Assembly (NCBI GenBank): GCA_963815195.1
Contig: CAWFGE010000016.1
Coordinates: forward strand, 127,342-191,341
Origin: an uncultured Planctomycetaceae bacterium
Lineage (GTDB): Bacteria > Planctomycetota > Planctomycetia > Planctomycetales > Planctomycetaceae
Length of the DNA stretch: 64,000 nt
Reading direction: 5' to 3'
Shown here: piece by piece, positions 28,218 to 40,111 of the stretch
How the letters are laid out: each line of letters opens with the position of its first letter
How positions within the stretch are numbered: the first letter of the stretch is position 1
Translations under genes and position numbers: made by a program
Notes under the pieces: generated by a model
The model's input: only the letters and a program-made list of their open reading frames with translations
What the model was told of the DNA's origin: nothing
The model's database searches: none

Positions 28218-30908
28218 ATGACGGATACGATTTATCTGGTGGACACCTTTTCGTTGATGTTCCAGGTGTTCCACGCCATCCGGCAGCCGATGACCGGAGC
28301 CGGTGGGCAGCCCACGAACGCTGTGTACGGGTTCACGACCGATCTCCGGCATCTGCGAAACGAGATCAAGCCCACGCATCTGGTGTGCGCGCTCGAATCG
28401 ACCGAACCGGGCGAGCGGAGCAGAATCTATCCGGAATACAAAGCCCACCGCGCGGAGATGCCCGAAGATTTGAGGCCGCAGGTGGAGTGGATCATCAAGG
28501 TCATCAAGGGGTTTAACATCCCGGTGGTGAGTTATCCGGGCTGGGAGGCGGACGATGTCATTGCCACGCTCGCCAAACAAGCCGCCGAGCGGGGCATGGA
28601 AGTCCGCATCGTCACCAGCGACAAAGACGCCCGCCAACTCCTGGGGCCGCGCGTCCAGATGTATAACATCCGCAAAAAACTGTTTCTGGACGAGGCGTTT
28701 TTGAAAGAGGACTGGGGCGTCCGGCCGGACCAGGTGATTGATTTTCAATCGCTCGTGGGCGACTCGACCGACAACGTGCCCGGCGTGCCTCTGGTCGGTC
28801 CGAAGAAAGCCCAGGCCCTCTTGGAAGAGTTCGGCACTTTGGAAAACGTGCTCGCCCATGCCGGGGAAGTCCGCGGGAAGAAGCTGCAAGAGAACCTGAA
28901 AAACTTCGCCGAGCAAGCCTACCTCAGCCGGGAGTTGGTGACCTTAAACACCGGACTGCCTTTGGATTTCGATTGGGAACACGCCCGCGTCACCGAGCCG
29001 GACTGGAACCGCCTGGAAGAGCTGTTTACGGAGCTCGCATTCAAACGCTACGCCGACGAAGCCCGCACGAAGAAACGCCGGGTCCCCAAGGCCAAGGCGA
29101 AAACGCTGTTCCGCGAATGGGACGTGATCGACACGGCGTCCGGGCTGGATGAGTTGGTCAAGGAACTCGCGCAGCAGCCGGCGTTCTGCGTGGATTTGGA
29201 GACGACGAGCCTGAATGCCGTGGAAGCGGAGATCGTGGGCTGGGCGATTTGCTGGGAAGCGGGCCGGGCATTTTATGTGCCCGTGGCCGGTCCGCCGCTG
29301 GAGATCAAGCTCGATCCGGGAACCGTTTTGGCGGCGCTGAAGCCGGTGCTCGAGAACGCGCACATCGCGAAGGTGAATCAGAACATCAAGTACGACATGC
29401 TGGTGCTGAAGCACGCGGGCGTGGACCTCCAAGGCGTGGGCCTGGATCCGATGGTGGGCGATTATCTTTTGGAAGCCGGGGCCCGCAGCCACGGCCTGGA
29501 CACGCTCGCCGACCGCTATTTGGGCCGATCGATGATCCCGATCAGCGAACTCATCGGCAAAGGCGCGAAGCAAAAGAGCATGACCGAGGTGGACGTCCAG
29601 CGCGTGGCGGAATACGCGACCGAAGACGCGGACTTCGCCTGGCAGATCGCGGAACTCGTCGCCGAGGATCTGAAGCAGGAGGGGCTGTGGGATCTGTATT
29701 GGGATCTGGAGCGGCCGTTGATTAAGGTCCTGGCCGAGATGGAGTGCGCCGGCGTTCGCGTGGACACCGACGAACTCGGCCGCCAAAGCGCCAAACTCAG
29801 TCTGCGGCTCGACGAACTCGAACAAGAGATCTACAAACTCGCGGGGCGGGAATTCAACATCGGCTCGCCCAAGCAGTTGGCCGAGATTCTCTTCACCGAA
29901 CTGAATCTTCCCGTCGTGAAGCGCACGAAAACGGGGCCGAGCACAAATTCCGACGTCCTCGAGCAACTCGCCATCGTGCACGAATTGCCCGCCAAGATCA
30001 TCGAGCAGCGCCAGCTCGCGAAGCTCAAAGGCACGTATCTGGATGCGCTGCCCGCGATGGTCAATCCCAACACGGGGAACATCCACTGCTCGTTCAACCA
30101 GGTCGTGGCCGCGACGGGCCGGCTGAGTTCCAGCGATCCGAACTTGCAAAACATCCCCATCCGCACCGAGGAAGGCCGGCTGATCCGCCGGGCGTTCGTG
30201 CCGTCCGTGCCCGGCTGGAAGCTCGTGTGTGCCGACTATTCGCAAATCGAACTCCGCATGCTCGCCCACTTCAGCCAGGACCCCGCTCTCCAAAAAGCCT
30301 TCCGCGAAGGCATCGACATCCATCGGGCGGTGGCGGCGGACGTCTTCGGCACGCCGATCGAACAGGTCACCAGCGAACAACGCCGCATCGCCAAGGCGGT
30401 GAACTTCGGCGTGATCTACGGCCAAACCCCGTTCGGATTGTCGAGCGTGCTCCGCATTCCCCGCGGCGAGGCGGCCGATTTTATCGACGGCTATTTCGAC
30501 CGCTACCCCGGCGTCGAGAAATACCTGGAATCACTGCTCGTAGAATGCCAGAAAACCGGTTACGCCCGCACGATCCTCGGCCGACGCCGGCGCGTGGAAG
30601 GCGTGACCCGCACCAAAGGCCGGCAGCGAAATCTCCCCGAACGCACCGCGATCAACACAGTAATCCAAGGCTCGGCGGCGGATTTGATCAAACGGGCGAT
30701 GCTGGGCATTTCCGAGCGACTGAAAGCCGAGAACCACCCGGCCCGCATGCTCCTGCAAATCCACGATGAACTCATTTTTGAAACCCCGGCCGACACCACC
30801 CGATCGCTCATTCCCATCGCCCGCGAAGAAATGAGCCAGGCCCTAAACCTCGATGTCCCGCTCGTCGTGGACATCAAAACCGGCGACAACTGGCTCGACG
30901 CCGAATAG
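28218..30908 (+). CDS. polA: DNA polymerase I
   Basis: 5'-3' exonuclease (EADDVIAT, GDSTDNVPGV), 3'-5' exonuclease (VDLETT), TGRLSSSDPNLQNIP, ADYSQIELR, KAVNFGVIYG, LQIHDEL. Confidence 0.98.
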   Translation: MTDTIYLVDTFSLMFQVFHAIRQPMTGAGGQPTNAVYGFTTDLRHLRNEIKPTHLVCALESTEPGERSRIYPEYKAHRAEMPEDLRPQVEWIIKVIKGFNIPVVSYPGWEADDVIATLAKQAAERGMEVRIVTSDKDARQLLGPRVQMYNIRKKLFLDEAFLKEDWGVRPDQVIDFQSLVGDSTDNVPGVPLVGPKKAQALLEEFGTLENVLAHAGEVRGKKLQENLKNFAEQAYLSRELVTLNTGLPLDFDWEHARVTEPDWNRLEELFTELAFKRYADEARTKKRRVPKAKAKTLFREWDVIDTASGLDELVKELAQQPAFCVDLETTSLNAVEAEIVGWAICWEAGRAFYVPVAGPPLEIKLDPGTVLAALKPVLENAHIAKVNQNIKYDMLVLKHAGVDLQGVGLDPMVGDYLLEAGARSHGLDTLADRYLGRSMIPISELIGKGAKQKSMTEVDVQRVAEYATEDADFAWQIAELVAEDLKQEGLWDLYWDLERPLIKVLAEMECAGVRVDTDELGRQSAKLSLRLDELEQEIYKLAGREFNIGSPKQLAEILFTELNLPVVKRTKTGPSTNSDVLEQLAIVHELPAKIIEQRQLAKLKGTYLDALPAMVNPNTGNIHCSFNQVVAATGRLSSSDPNLQNIPIRTEEGRLIRRAFVPSVPGWKLVCADYSQIELRMLAHFSQDPALQKAFREGIDIHRAVAADVFGTPIEQVTSEQRRIAKAVNFGVIYGQTPFGLSSVLRIPRGEAADFIDGYFDRYPGVEKYLESLLVECQKTGYARTILGRRRRVEGVTRTKGRQRNLPERTAINTVIQGSAADLIKRAMLGISERLKAENHPARMLLQIHDELIFETPADTTRSLIPIAREEMSQALNLDVPLVVDIKTGDNWLDAE

Positions 30909-31004
30909 CGTTCGCGATCTGTTTTCGTCCGGTGGCAATTCGACGGGGGATTCGCCACAATCCGGGAAAGTCGAAACCATCTTGTATCACGAAAGAGAAA
31001 CCGC

Positions 31005-31949
31005 ATGGAAACCCGACCGCTGGGCAAAACCGGGCTTGATCTGACCGTGCTTTCCTACGGGGCGTCTTCGCTGGGGGCGGAGTTTCGCCGGGTCGATCTG
31101 GCGGAAGCCCTCAAAAGCGTGCACGTCGCCATCGACCGCGGGATGAACTTCATCGACACCTCGCCCTACTACGGCCGGGGCATGAGCGAAGTCCTCCTGG
31201 GCCAGGTCCTGCCGGAGATTCCCCGCGAAAAATACTATCTGGGCACAAAGCTCGGCCGATATGCACCGCGGCATTTTGACTTCAGCGCCAAACGCGTCGA
31301 GGAAAGCATCGACATTTCGCTGGAGCGGATGAAGGTCGATACCCTCGACATCGCCCTCTGTCACGACATCGAGTTCGTGAACCTCGCGCAGATCATCAAC
31401 GAAACCCTCCCCGCGCTTCGCAAGCAGGTGGAAAAAGGCAAGGTGCGGTTCATCGGCGTCAGCGGCTATCCGATGAAGATGTTCAAAACGATCCTCGCCC
31501 AGGCTGAGATCGACGTCCTGTTGACCTATAACCATTACACCCTGCAGAACGACATGGCCCTCGAATTGGTGCCGATTTGTGAAGAGAAGGGCGTGGGTCT
31601 GATGAATGCCGCCCCGTTCTCGGCGAGGCTTTTGACAAACGCCCCGCTCCCGGAATGGCACAAGGCTCCGCCAAACGTTCGCGAAGCGGCGAAAAAAGCC
31701 GCCGAGCATTGCCAGTCGAAAGGCGTGGACATCGCGCAGTTGGCGCTCCAGTTTTCGGTCGCCAATCCCAGCTTTGCGACGTGCGTCACGGGCTCGGCCA
31801 ATCCGAAGCGGGTCGCGCAATGGGTGGACTGGGCCGCGAAACCGTTGGATCAACAATTGCTCGCCGAGGTCCAGGAGATCCTCCGGCCGATCCACAACTG
31901 GTTCTACATCGAAGGCCGCCCCGAAAACAACGATGAACCCCGCACATAA
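31005..31949 (+). CDS. Aldo/keto reductase, L-galactose dehydrogenase-like
   Basis: NFIDTSPYYG, TKLGRY, FDFSAKRV, CHDIEF...QIINETLPAL match the L-GalDH subfamily as I recall it. Confidence 0.9.
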   Translation: METRPLGKTGLDLTVLSYGASSLGAEFRRVDLAEALKSVHVAIDRGMNFIDTSPYYGRGMSEVLLGQVLPEIPREKYYLGTKLGRYAPRHFDFSAKRVEESIDISLERMKVDTLDIALCHDIEFVNLAQIINETLPALRKQVEKGKVRFIGVSGYPMKMFKTILAQAEIDVLLTYNHYTLQNDMALELVPICEEKGVGLMNAAPFSARLLTNAPLPEWHKAPPNVREAAKKAAEHCQSKGVDIAQLALQFSVANPSFATCVTGSANPKRVAQWVDWAAKPLDQQLLAEVQEILRPIHNWFYIEGRPENNDEPRT

Positions 31950-31962
31950 ACTTTAGTAAGGC

Positions 31963-32058
31963 AACCGGATTGGGTGGCACGTCCCTGAGCCCTGCGAAGG
32001 GCGTGGCGATTGCGAGGACCACGCCCTTCGTTCCTCAGGGACGTGCCACCCACCGGTT
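31963..32058. repeat. Long inverted-repeat (REP-like) element
   Basis: GGGTGGCACGTCCCTGAG..CGAAGGGCGTGG ... CCACGCCCTTCG..CTCAGGGACGTGCCACCC. Confidence 0.85.
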
Positions 32059-32084
32059 CAGCTTAAATCCAGGAAAGACAACTG

Positions 32085-33112
<1,028 letters not shown>

Positions 33113-33196
33113 CCGAAAGTCGCCCTTCGCTCCGCGAAGGTAGCGCGAACACGAGAAAAACTTACAATAGCATCGACAATATGAGGGAATGACAGC

Positions 33197-34015
33197 ATGA
33201 TTCGATCCGCAGTGACGGTGAGTTTGGTGAAGGAAGCCCGCGGGGGGCCGTTTGTGTTTTGGGACGATCTGCCCGCGGCGTGCCGGAAGGCGGCGGAATT
33301 GGGGTTTGACGCCGTGGAGATTTTCGCCCCATCGCCCGCAGCGGTCGATCGGGATTCGCTCAAAGGCTTGCTCGAGGAACATCGGCTTCAAGTCGCGGCT
33401 GTGGGCACCGGGGCGGGGATGGTGATTCACGGGTTGAGCCTCACCGATCCCAATGCCGAGAACCGCTCGGCGGCGAAGGAATTCATCAAGCAGATGATCG
33501 GCTTCGGCGCCCCGTTCGGAGCCCCGGCGATCATCGGTTCCATGCAGGGCAGATGGGGCGGGGAATTGAGCCGCGATGCGGCGCTGAATCTGTTGTCCGA
33601 AGCCTTGAATGAACTCGGCCAAGAAGCCGAGGGTCAAAGCGTGCCCTTGATTTACGAACCTTTGAACCGCTACGAAACGAACCTCATCACCAGGATCGCC
33701 GACGGCGTGAAATTCTTGGAATCGCTGTCCACCAAGAACGTCCAGCTGCTCGCGGATCTGTTTCACATGAACATCGAAGAGGCCAACGTCGCCGAGGCGA
33801 TCCGGGCGGGAAAGGGGCGTATCGGGCATGTGCATTTTGTAGATTCCAACCGCCAGGCCGCGGGATTAGGGCACACGGACTTCGCCCCGATCGCGGCCGC
33901 GCTCAAGAACACCGGTTATGATGGTTACGTCTCGGCCGAAGCGTTCCCGCTCCCCGACCCCGACACCGCCGCCGCGAAAACGATCGAAGCCTTCACCAAG
34001 TACTTCAAGACATGA
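33197..34015 (+). CDS. Sugar phosphate isomerase/epimerase (xylose-isomerase-like TIM barrel)
   Basis: GFDAVE, EPLNRYE, DLFHMNIEE, HVHFVDSNR, GYVSAE. Confidence 0.9.
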   Translation: MIRSAVTVSLVKEARGGPFVFWDDLPAACRKAAELGFDAVEIFAPSPAAVDRDSLKGLLEEHRLQVAAVGTGAGMVIHGLSLTDPNAENRSAAKEFIKQMIGFGAPFGAPAIIGSMQGRWGGELSRDAALNLLSEALNELGQEAEGQSVPLIYEPLNRYETNLITRIADGVKFLESLSTKNVQLLADLFHMNIEEANVAEAIRAGKGRIGHVHFVDSNRQAAGLGHTDFAPIAAALKNTGYDGYVSAEAFPLPDPDTAAAKTIEAFTKYFKT

Positions 34016-34055
34016 TTCCTCGCAAAGCGGGCTGCCGCGAGTCAGGAGCATTTAT

Positions 34056-35084
34056 ATGAAAGCCATCCTCCAGTGCCTTCCGTTATTTGCGGCAGCCGTT
34101 CTGGCGGGCTGCAACTCCGAACGCACACTCCAGACGGAAAAAGATGCTGCCGATCGATACCAGCGCCATCGGATCCTGATCTGGGCGATTGACAAACCGG
34201 CGCATCGGATCGCGGGGTTCGATGACAACACCATCGCGCCCAGCCAGGAGGTGACGCTCGAGCCGGTCCAAGGGTACGCGGTCCGCGTCCAGACGGGACC
34301 GATGGCGAAGGTGACGATCACCGACTTTCGCCGCGAGTGGAAGGAGGACCACATCCCATTCAAGTTTTCCCACGGCACCGGCTCGGCGGAAGGGACGAAG
34401 GATTTGGTGTCTCCGTTCCTGCACTTCGAATATAGCGGCCGCGAGGGTTTGGCCTCCGTCGCCGTGGGCATTCCGGTCGGCACGATCGATTCTCCGCCCC
34501 TGTTGAAGCTGCTTCAGAGAAAGCCCAAGGGCACGGCGGCCGAATTGGAAGACCTGTTGTTTGCGATCTACTTCGAATTGCCGCACAACGACTACCTCGG
34601 GCTCTATGAACTGTTAGAGGTCTATCAACTGCTGGGCCAGACGGAACGCAAGGACCGCTGGGTGCGTTTGCTGGAGAAAGGCACTCCCCACGAGAAGATC
34701 TCCGCCGCGGCGGTTCTGATGCGGCTGGGAAACGAGCAGGCGACGAACGTGTTCTGCGACGCCGTGCTCGAGGCGAAGGGGAACAGGCAGGTCGGCTTGA
34801 TCGAATACTTGTGCGACATGCCTGCCTCGGACAAGGCTCTCGGGACAATCGTCAAGCTCATCATCGCGCCCACGCCGTTCCTCGAGAAAGTTCCCGAGGG
34901 AGTCGGGCTGGCCCAGGAGGAACGCAGAAGTTGCCTGGTTCGATCTCTGGCGGAGAAATATCCCAAGGAAAAAGTCCAAAAGTACGCCGGGGAACTGCGC
35001 GGGTGGGCCGTGTCAGACTTCGGCAAGACCCACGGCGGGCCGCAGATTGTCCAATTCCTGGCAAACGAACAGCCGGAGAAATAA
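34056..35084 (+). CDS. Hypothetical lipoprotein with helical (HEAT-like) C-terminus
   Basis: AGGAG RBS, lipobox VLAGC. Confidence 0.75.
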   Translation: MKAILQCLPLFAAAVLAGCNSERTLQTEKDAADRYQRHRILIWAIDKPAHRIAGFDDNTIAPSQEVTLEPVQGYAVRVQTGPMAKVTITDFRREWKEDHIPFKFSHGTGSAEGTKDLVSPFLHFEYSGREGLASVAVGIPVGTIDSPPLLKLLQRKPKGTAAELEDLLFAIYFELPHNDYLGLYELLEVYQLLGQTERKDRWVRLLEKGTPHEKISAAAVLMRLGNEQATNVFCDAVLEAKGNRQVGLIEYLCDMPASDKALGTIVKLIIAPTPFLEKVPEGVGLAQEERRSCLVRSLAEKYPKEKVQKYAGELRGWAVSDFGKTHGGPQIVQFLANEQPEK

Positions 35085-35138
35085 ACGCGACGGCAATGAA
35101 AACAACAGAATGTCTTCCTTCTTAAGAACTGATCTACG

Positions 35139-36416
35139 ATGAGCGACAACACAACGTGCGTGACGCTCGGCATGGCGCCGAGTTTTGGATTTGGGGACCG
35201 GATCGGGCTGGCGACGCCGGGGCATGTGGCGGCGATGAAACGCGCGGGTGCCGGGATCGAGCCGATCTTTCCGCAGCAGTCGATTCGCGAGATGACCCGC
35301 ACGCGGCGGACGCCTCAACAGGTGATGGACGATGCGCTCGCCGGCGCGAAAGCCGCCGGTTGGACCGGCCGGATTGGGGCGGACGCCGATCATTTGAAGA
35401 CGCCCGAGGACGTGGACATCACGGCCGCGGTGGGGTTTACGTTCTTTACGATCGATCCTTCGAGCGAGGTCGATCAAAAGGCGGATGATTACGGCGAAGC
35501 CCAGCTCAAGGAAAAGTTCGCTAAATCGCGGCAGGCCGCGCCGTGGTTTGACGGTTATCTCGGCAAGACGGTGGATCTCTCCACGGGGACGAAGATCGAA
35601 CTCACGGAAGAAGCCTGCATGCGGGCCGCGGTCAAATACGGAGCAGCGATACAGCGAGCGCTCGCGTTGGGGAATCATATTCAGAGAGTCAACGAGGCGG
35701 CCCGTCGGGATTACGAAATCGAATTGTCCGTCGATGAAACGGATCAACCCACGACCCTCGCCGAGCATTACATCATCGCCGACCAGTGCCTCCGGGGCGG
35801 GATGAAGCTGGTCAGCCTCGCGCCGCGGTTTATCGGCGAACTGGAAAAGGGCGTGGACTACAAAGGCGACGTGGAGCGGTTGGAAGCGTCGCTCAACGAT
35901 CACGCGGCGATTGCGGAACTCTTGGGGCCGTATAAGCTCAGCCTGCATTCGGGATCGGACAAGTTATCGATGTATCCCGCGCTGGCCCGCGCGACCAAGG
36001 GGAAGTTTCACGTCAAGACGGCGGGGACGAGTTACCTGGAAGCTTTGCGGGTTGTGGCTCGGCACGAAGAAGGGCTGTTCCGGCGGATCATCGATTTTGC
36101 CCGCGACCGCTACGATACGGACAAGGCGACCTACCACGTCTCAGCCAGGCTGCGGTCGCTTCCGCCAGCCGCCGAGGTGACGGACCTGCATCGGCTCGAA
36201 GAGCTTTACCTGGAGCATTGGGACGATGTGCCGCCGGGAAAGGGCTTCACGGAACCGGGCCGGCAGGTTTTGCATTGCACGTTCGGCTCGGTGCTGACGG
36301 ATGGGGAGCTTGGCCCGCTCGTGCGGTCGGTGCTGGAACGCCATCCGGACACTTACGCCCAAGTGCTCGCCGATCATTTCAGCCGGCACTTGGAAGCTCT
36401 GGCTGCGGGGATGTGA
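35139..36416 (+). CDS. uxaE: Tagaturonate/fructuronate epimerase
   Basis: SFGFGDRIGLATPGH, QQSIREM.RT, GADADHLK, ELSVDET, EKGVDY, SLHSGSDK, HVKTAGTSYLEAL. Confidence 0.93.
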   Translation: MSDNTTCVTLGMAPSFGFGDRIGLATPGHVAAMKRAGAGIEPIFPQQSIREMTRTRRTPQQVMDDALAGAKAAGWTGRIGADADHLKTPEDVDITAAVGFTFFTIDPSSEVDQKADDYGEAQLKEKFAKSRQAAPWFDGYLGKTVDLSTGTKIELTEEACMRAAVKYGAAIQRALALGNHIQRVNEAARRDYEIELSVDETDQPTTLAEHYIIADQCLRGGMKLVSLAPRFIGELEKGVDYKGDVERLEASLNDHAAIAELLGPYKLSLHSGSDKLSMYPALARATKGKFHVKTAGTSYLEALRVVARHEEGLFRRIIDFARDRYDTDKATYHVSARLRSLPPAAEVTDLHRLEELYLEHWDDVPPGKGFTEPGRQVLHCTFGSVLTDGELGPLVRSVLERHPDTYAQVLADHFSRHLEALAAGM

Positions 36417-38573
36417 GGCTGGGCTTGGGCGGGCTGTCGGTTTCGCGCCGGTCGGCGGCGGTTTCTCTGGGTTTGAGCCGCGTCAACAGGAAACTTCCCG
36501 CCGCCACCAAGGCTGCCGAGCCGGCGAGCCAGGTCCAGGGCAGATGCTTTTGCGTTTCGACGCCGATGTGGAGCGCTGTCAATTCTTTTTGGTAGGCGGC
36601 GACGGTGAGCAGAAACCCGTTGTGCACGGCGTGAAGCAGCATGCCCGGCCAGATGCTCCCGGTCCGCACGGCCAGCCAGCCGAGCATCAATCCCAAAAGG
36701 CCGCTGGGCAAAAACCGCTCGAAAAACAGCATGTCCCGCACGATCACATGGAACAATCCAAAGAGGACCGCCGAGAGGAGCACGGCTTCCAGCGCGGACA
36801 GGCGAGTTCTGAGACCGCTGATCAAATAGCCCCGGAAAAACCATTCCTCGCACAAGGCGGGCACAAAGGCCAAGGCGGCCAGTTGCCACCACAAAGGCAC
36901 GGTCGTGAGCTGGATTTTGAGCATCTCGAACAACAGGCGGAGCTTGCCCATTCGGGCGGGGGACAACGTGAGGATCTCGAGTTCGTACGCCCAAACCCAG
37001 AGCGAAAGCCCCCAAAGCACTGCGACGAGCCAGGCCCAGGCCGAGGGAACCGCCATCTGAAACGCGGTGCGGTTTTGGACGTTATTTCGCCAGGTCATGA
37101 GCAGCGGCCAGCCGGCGAACAGGAGCATCGTCACCGCCGCGGCCCCTCCCAAGCGGTAGGACATGCTGACGCCCGCGAACCGGCCCGGCAAGCTCCCGAA
37201 CACGATGAAGGCCGGGAACAGAACGGCCAGAGCCAACATCGCCTGGGTCAACGTGGGCACCCGGCGGGTTTCTTTCGGCCGGCGGAACAAGTCCCGCACG
37301 CTGCCTTGGCTGCCGTAGAGAATCGCATCGGAACCGAACACGCGGGCGGCGACCGCCAAAGCCAAGAGCCCGTAAAGCAAAGTGGAAATGACCGCCCAGG
37401 CAAACAGCGCGTGGTTCATCCGACCTTCAAAGAGATCGCGTCCCAAGAGCACGATGTTCAACAGCGGCGTCACGGCGAGGAGGCCGTTCATCTTCATGCC
37501 GGGCGTCAGGCTGAAAACTCCCGGCGCGAGCGAGACGAGCATCAACGGGATCAAATAGGCCTGGGCTTCCTTGAAGCTGCGGGCGAAACTCGTGAGCGCG
37601 AGCAGCACCGCCGAGAAGAACGCGGCAAACAAGCACAACAACGCCAAAATCTGCGCCATCACCAACCAGGAAAAACCAATCTCGCCGAAGATCAGCGACT
37701 CCAGCCCGCTCGCGTAAACCGTAATCAGCATCGCCGCCAGGTTCACGGTCGCCGTCAGCATCGCCACCGAGAGCACCGCGACGAACTTCGCCCCCAACAG
37801 CTGCAGCCGGGGCACGGGAGCCGCGACCAGAACTTCCAACGTGCCGCGCTCCCGCTCGCCCGCGGTGAGGTCGATCGCCGGATACACGGCTCCGGTGACC
37901 GTCATCAGAATCAGCATCAACGGCACGAACGTCGCCAGCGAGAACGTCCCCGAAGTTTGGCGTTTGATCTTCAACAGCGCGGAGTCCATTGGCCCCTCGG
38001 GCGGATCGGCCGACTGCTTGAGGATCCGCCGGGTCAATTCGTTGTTGAGCGCCTGGAGCCGCTCCTCGACGGCGAGCGCCACGGTTTGCCCCTGCGGATT
38101 GCCCTCCTCGTAAATCAACTCCATCCGCGGAGGTTTCGGCTTGTCCTGCGGGGATTTCCGGAGAGGCTCGCGGAAAACCACCGCCAAATCGGCTTTGTGC
38201 TCCGTAATCCACAGCTCCGCCAGGCAATGGGGGCTGGGCGTTTCCGGGATGAGCGTCGTCACCCGCGGACGGGCGGCAGACTTCGGCAAGAGTTGATCGC
38301 CCCGCTGGTAAATGTCTCGAAATCTCCCGGCATCGGCGCGGTTGCACAGGACGACCGCATAACTCGTGTCCGCCGGTCCCGTGATCGTGGTCAACAGAAC
38401 CTTCTGCAAGACCACACCCAAGAGCGGATACACCAACAGCGGCATCAAAATCAACGTGGCGAGCGTCCGCCGGTCGCGGAATGTTTCGCGAAGTTCCTTC
38501 ACCGCCAACCGATAAGGCCGGCCGTGAATGTGCCGGCGGGGTTCGGGCGCGGAGACGTTTGCGCGGAGATCAT
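36379..38573 (-). CDS. ABC transporter permease fused to CPBP (Abi) intramembrane protease, NatB-like (frameshift about 38520)
   Basis: [47 protein letters not shown] 38573 overlaps the upstream stop. Confidence 0.9.
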
Positions 38574-39349
38574 CGGCCGATCTCCGGGTGGAGGCGGTCG
38601 GGGGCGGATTCCGCAAGCAACCTGAGGAAAATGTCCGTCAGCGTGCGAGTCCCGGTTTCGGCCAGCAACTCCGACAGCGTCCCCTGATGCCGGAGCCGCC
38701 CGCGGTGCAAAAGCCCGAAGCGGTCGCACAGCCGCGAGGCCTCGTCCAGGCGGTGGGTGCAGACGATCACCGCTTTGCCTTGCCGGCGGAGGCCGGCGAT
38801 GTATTCGAAGATCACCTGCGTGCCGACGACGTCCAGACCGCGGGTCGGCTCGTCCATCAACATCATCGGGGGATCGTGGATCAACGCCCGCGCCAGGTTC
38901 ACGCGCTGTTTTTGCCCGGTACTGAGCGTCGCCGCGCGCCGGTCGAGAAAATCCGCCAGGCCAAACTGCTCGGAGAGCTGCTCCAGCCGGCTGCGGGCGG
39001 TCTTAGGCGCGAGGCCGTACAAATCCCCGAAGAACAGAATCGTCTCGCGGGGCGTGAGCCATTGATAAAGCCCCGCGCTCGCGGAGACGAGACCGATGCG
39101 GCGTTTGATTTCCTCGGGTGCGGTGCGGACGGAAAACCCGTTCACGCGGGCATCGCCGCTCGTGGGTTCGAGCAGGCCCAAAATCATGCGGAGCGTCGTG
39201 GTTTTGCCCGCGCCGTTGGCCCCCAGCAGTCCGTAGACTTCCCCCTCGGACACGGAAAACGAAACGCGGTCCACTGCCAGAACTTGGCCTTGGCCCGTCG
39301 GAAACGATTTGGTGAGTTCCTCGACTGCAATCATCACCGCCGCCCGCAT
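38570..39349 (-). CDS. ABC transporter ATP-binding protein, NatA-like
   Basis: [26 protein letters not shown]. Confidence 0.92.
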   Translation of the reverse strand: MRAAVMIAVEELTKSFPTGQGQVLAVDRVSFSVSEGEVYGLLGANGAGKTTTLRMILGLLEPTSGDARVNGFSVRTAPEEIKRRIGLVSASAGLYQWLTPRETILFFGDLYGLAPKTARSRLEQLSEQFGLADFLDRRAATLSTGQKQRVNLARALIHDPPMMLMDEPTRGLDVVGTQVIFEYIAGLRRQGKAVIVCTHRLDEASRLCDRFGLLHRGRLRHQGTLSELLAETGTRTLTDIFLRLLAESAPDRLHPEIGR

Positions 39350-39381
39350 TTGCGTTGGAGAAACCGTCGAAAGGGTTTGGC

Positions 39382-39585
39382 TTAGAACAGCGGATAGATA
39401 AATGGAGCCACCGCCGAACCCGAAAGCGCCGCCAACAGCCCCATCAAGGCCAACACCAAAAGAATGGGCAACAGCCACCACTTTTTGTTCTCGCGAAGAA
39501 AGAGCAAAAACTCCTTGTACAAGGGCAGGGTGGGTTCATTGTTGAGATCTTCAATCGTGGGTTTGGATTCCGACATAGATGGCAT
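39382..39585 (-). CDS. DUF5989-like small membrane protein
   Basis: [14 protein letters not shown]...[11 protein letters not shown]. Confidence 0.85.
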   Translation of the reverse strand: MPSMSESKPTIEDLNNEPTLPLYKEFLLFLRENKKWWLLPILLVLALMGLLAALSGSAVAPFIYPLF

Positions 39586-40111
39586 GCTCTTCGGAAAGAG
39601 TGACCGATGGAAATGCGTTGTGAAGGTCAGATTGTCTCGGAAACGAGCAGACGGGTGAACGGAATTGTTGTTCCATCATACGGTGCCGGACTCAAACCAT
39701 CAAGAATCCCACATGTCGATCTGGCCGAATCGCCGCCGAACGAAGACTCTTTGGGAAATCGGGTGCATTTCGGGGTCACAAATCGTGAAAAACAAGGGCT
39801 TTTCCCGCGACGTGTCACGGGATAAAATACCTGGAATCCGTCATTACCGCCGGGCCGGCCTCGCGGTTCGGCGAAATTTCTGCAAAGTGGGGCAGACTCG
39901 TCTTGCGGAGAAATCTCCCAACTCGCCATAATCTCGCTCCTTCGTTTCCCGCCGTCCGCCTCTGTCCCCCCAGCCACCCTCTATGAACAAATGGTCAAGA
40001 GAATAGACGTGAGAGGATGGATTAAGTTCCTCGCCTCTCTGCAACCTCTATCCTCACGGCGATTCCTAAGCACGAATTCAACGTCCCTTAACTGAAACCG
40101 TTTTCACCAAG

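Noticed and set aside
36301..38625. Long antisense ORFs (774 aa here; also 26406-28001, 28944-30425, 58477-60063, 43773-45347)
   Set aside because: Shadow frames of real genes in high-GC DNA, with no motifs
39382..39585. DUF5989 gene as a marker of a carbamoyltransferase biosynthetic cluster
   Set aside because: No carbamoyltransferase or SxtJ-like gene is adjacent
39586..40111. ncRNA or riboswitch in the long intergenic regions (also 8690-9320)
   Set aside because: No recognisable Rfam motif by eye; divergent promoters can explain the length. An Infernal search would be needed.
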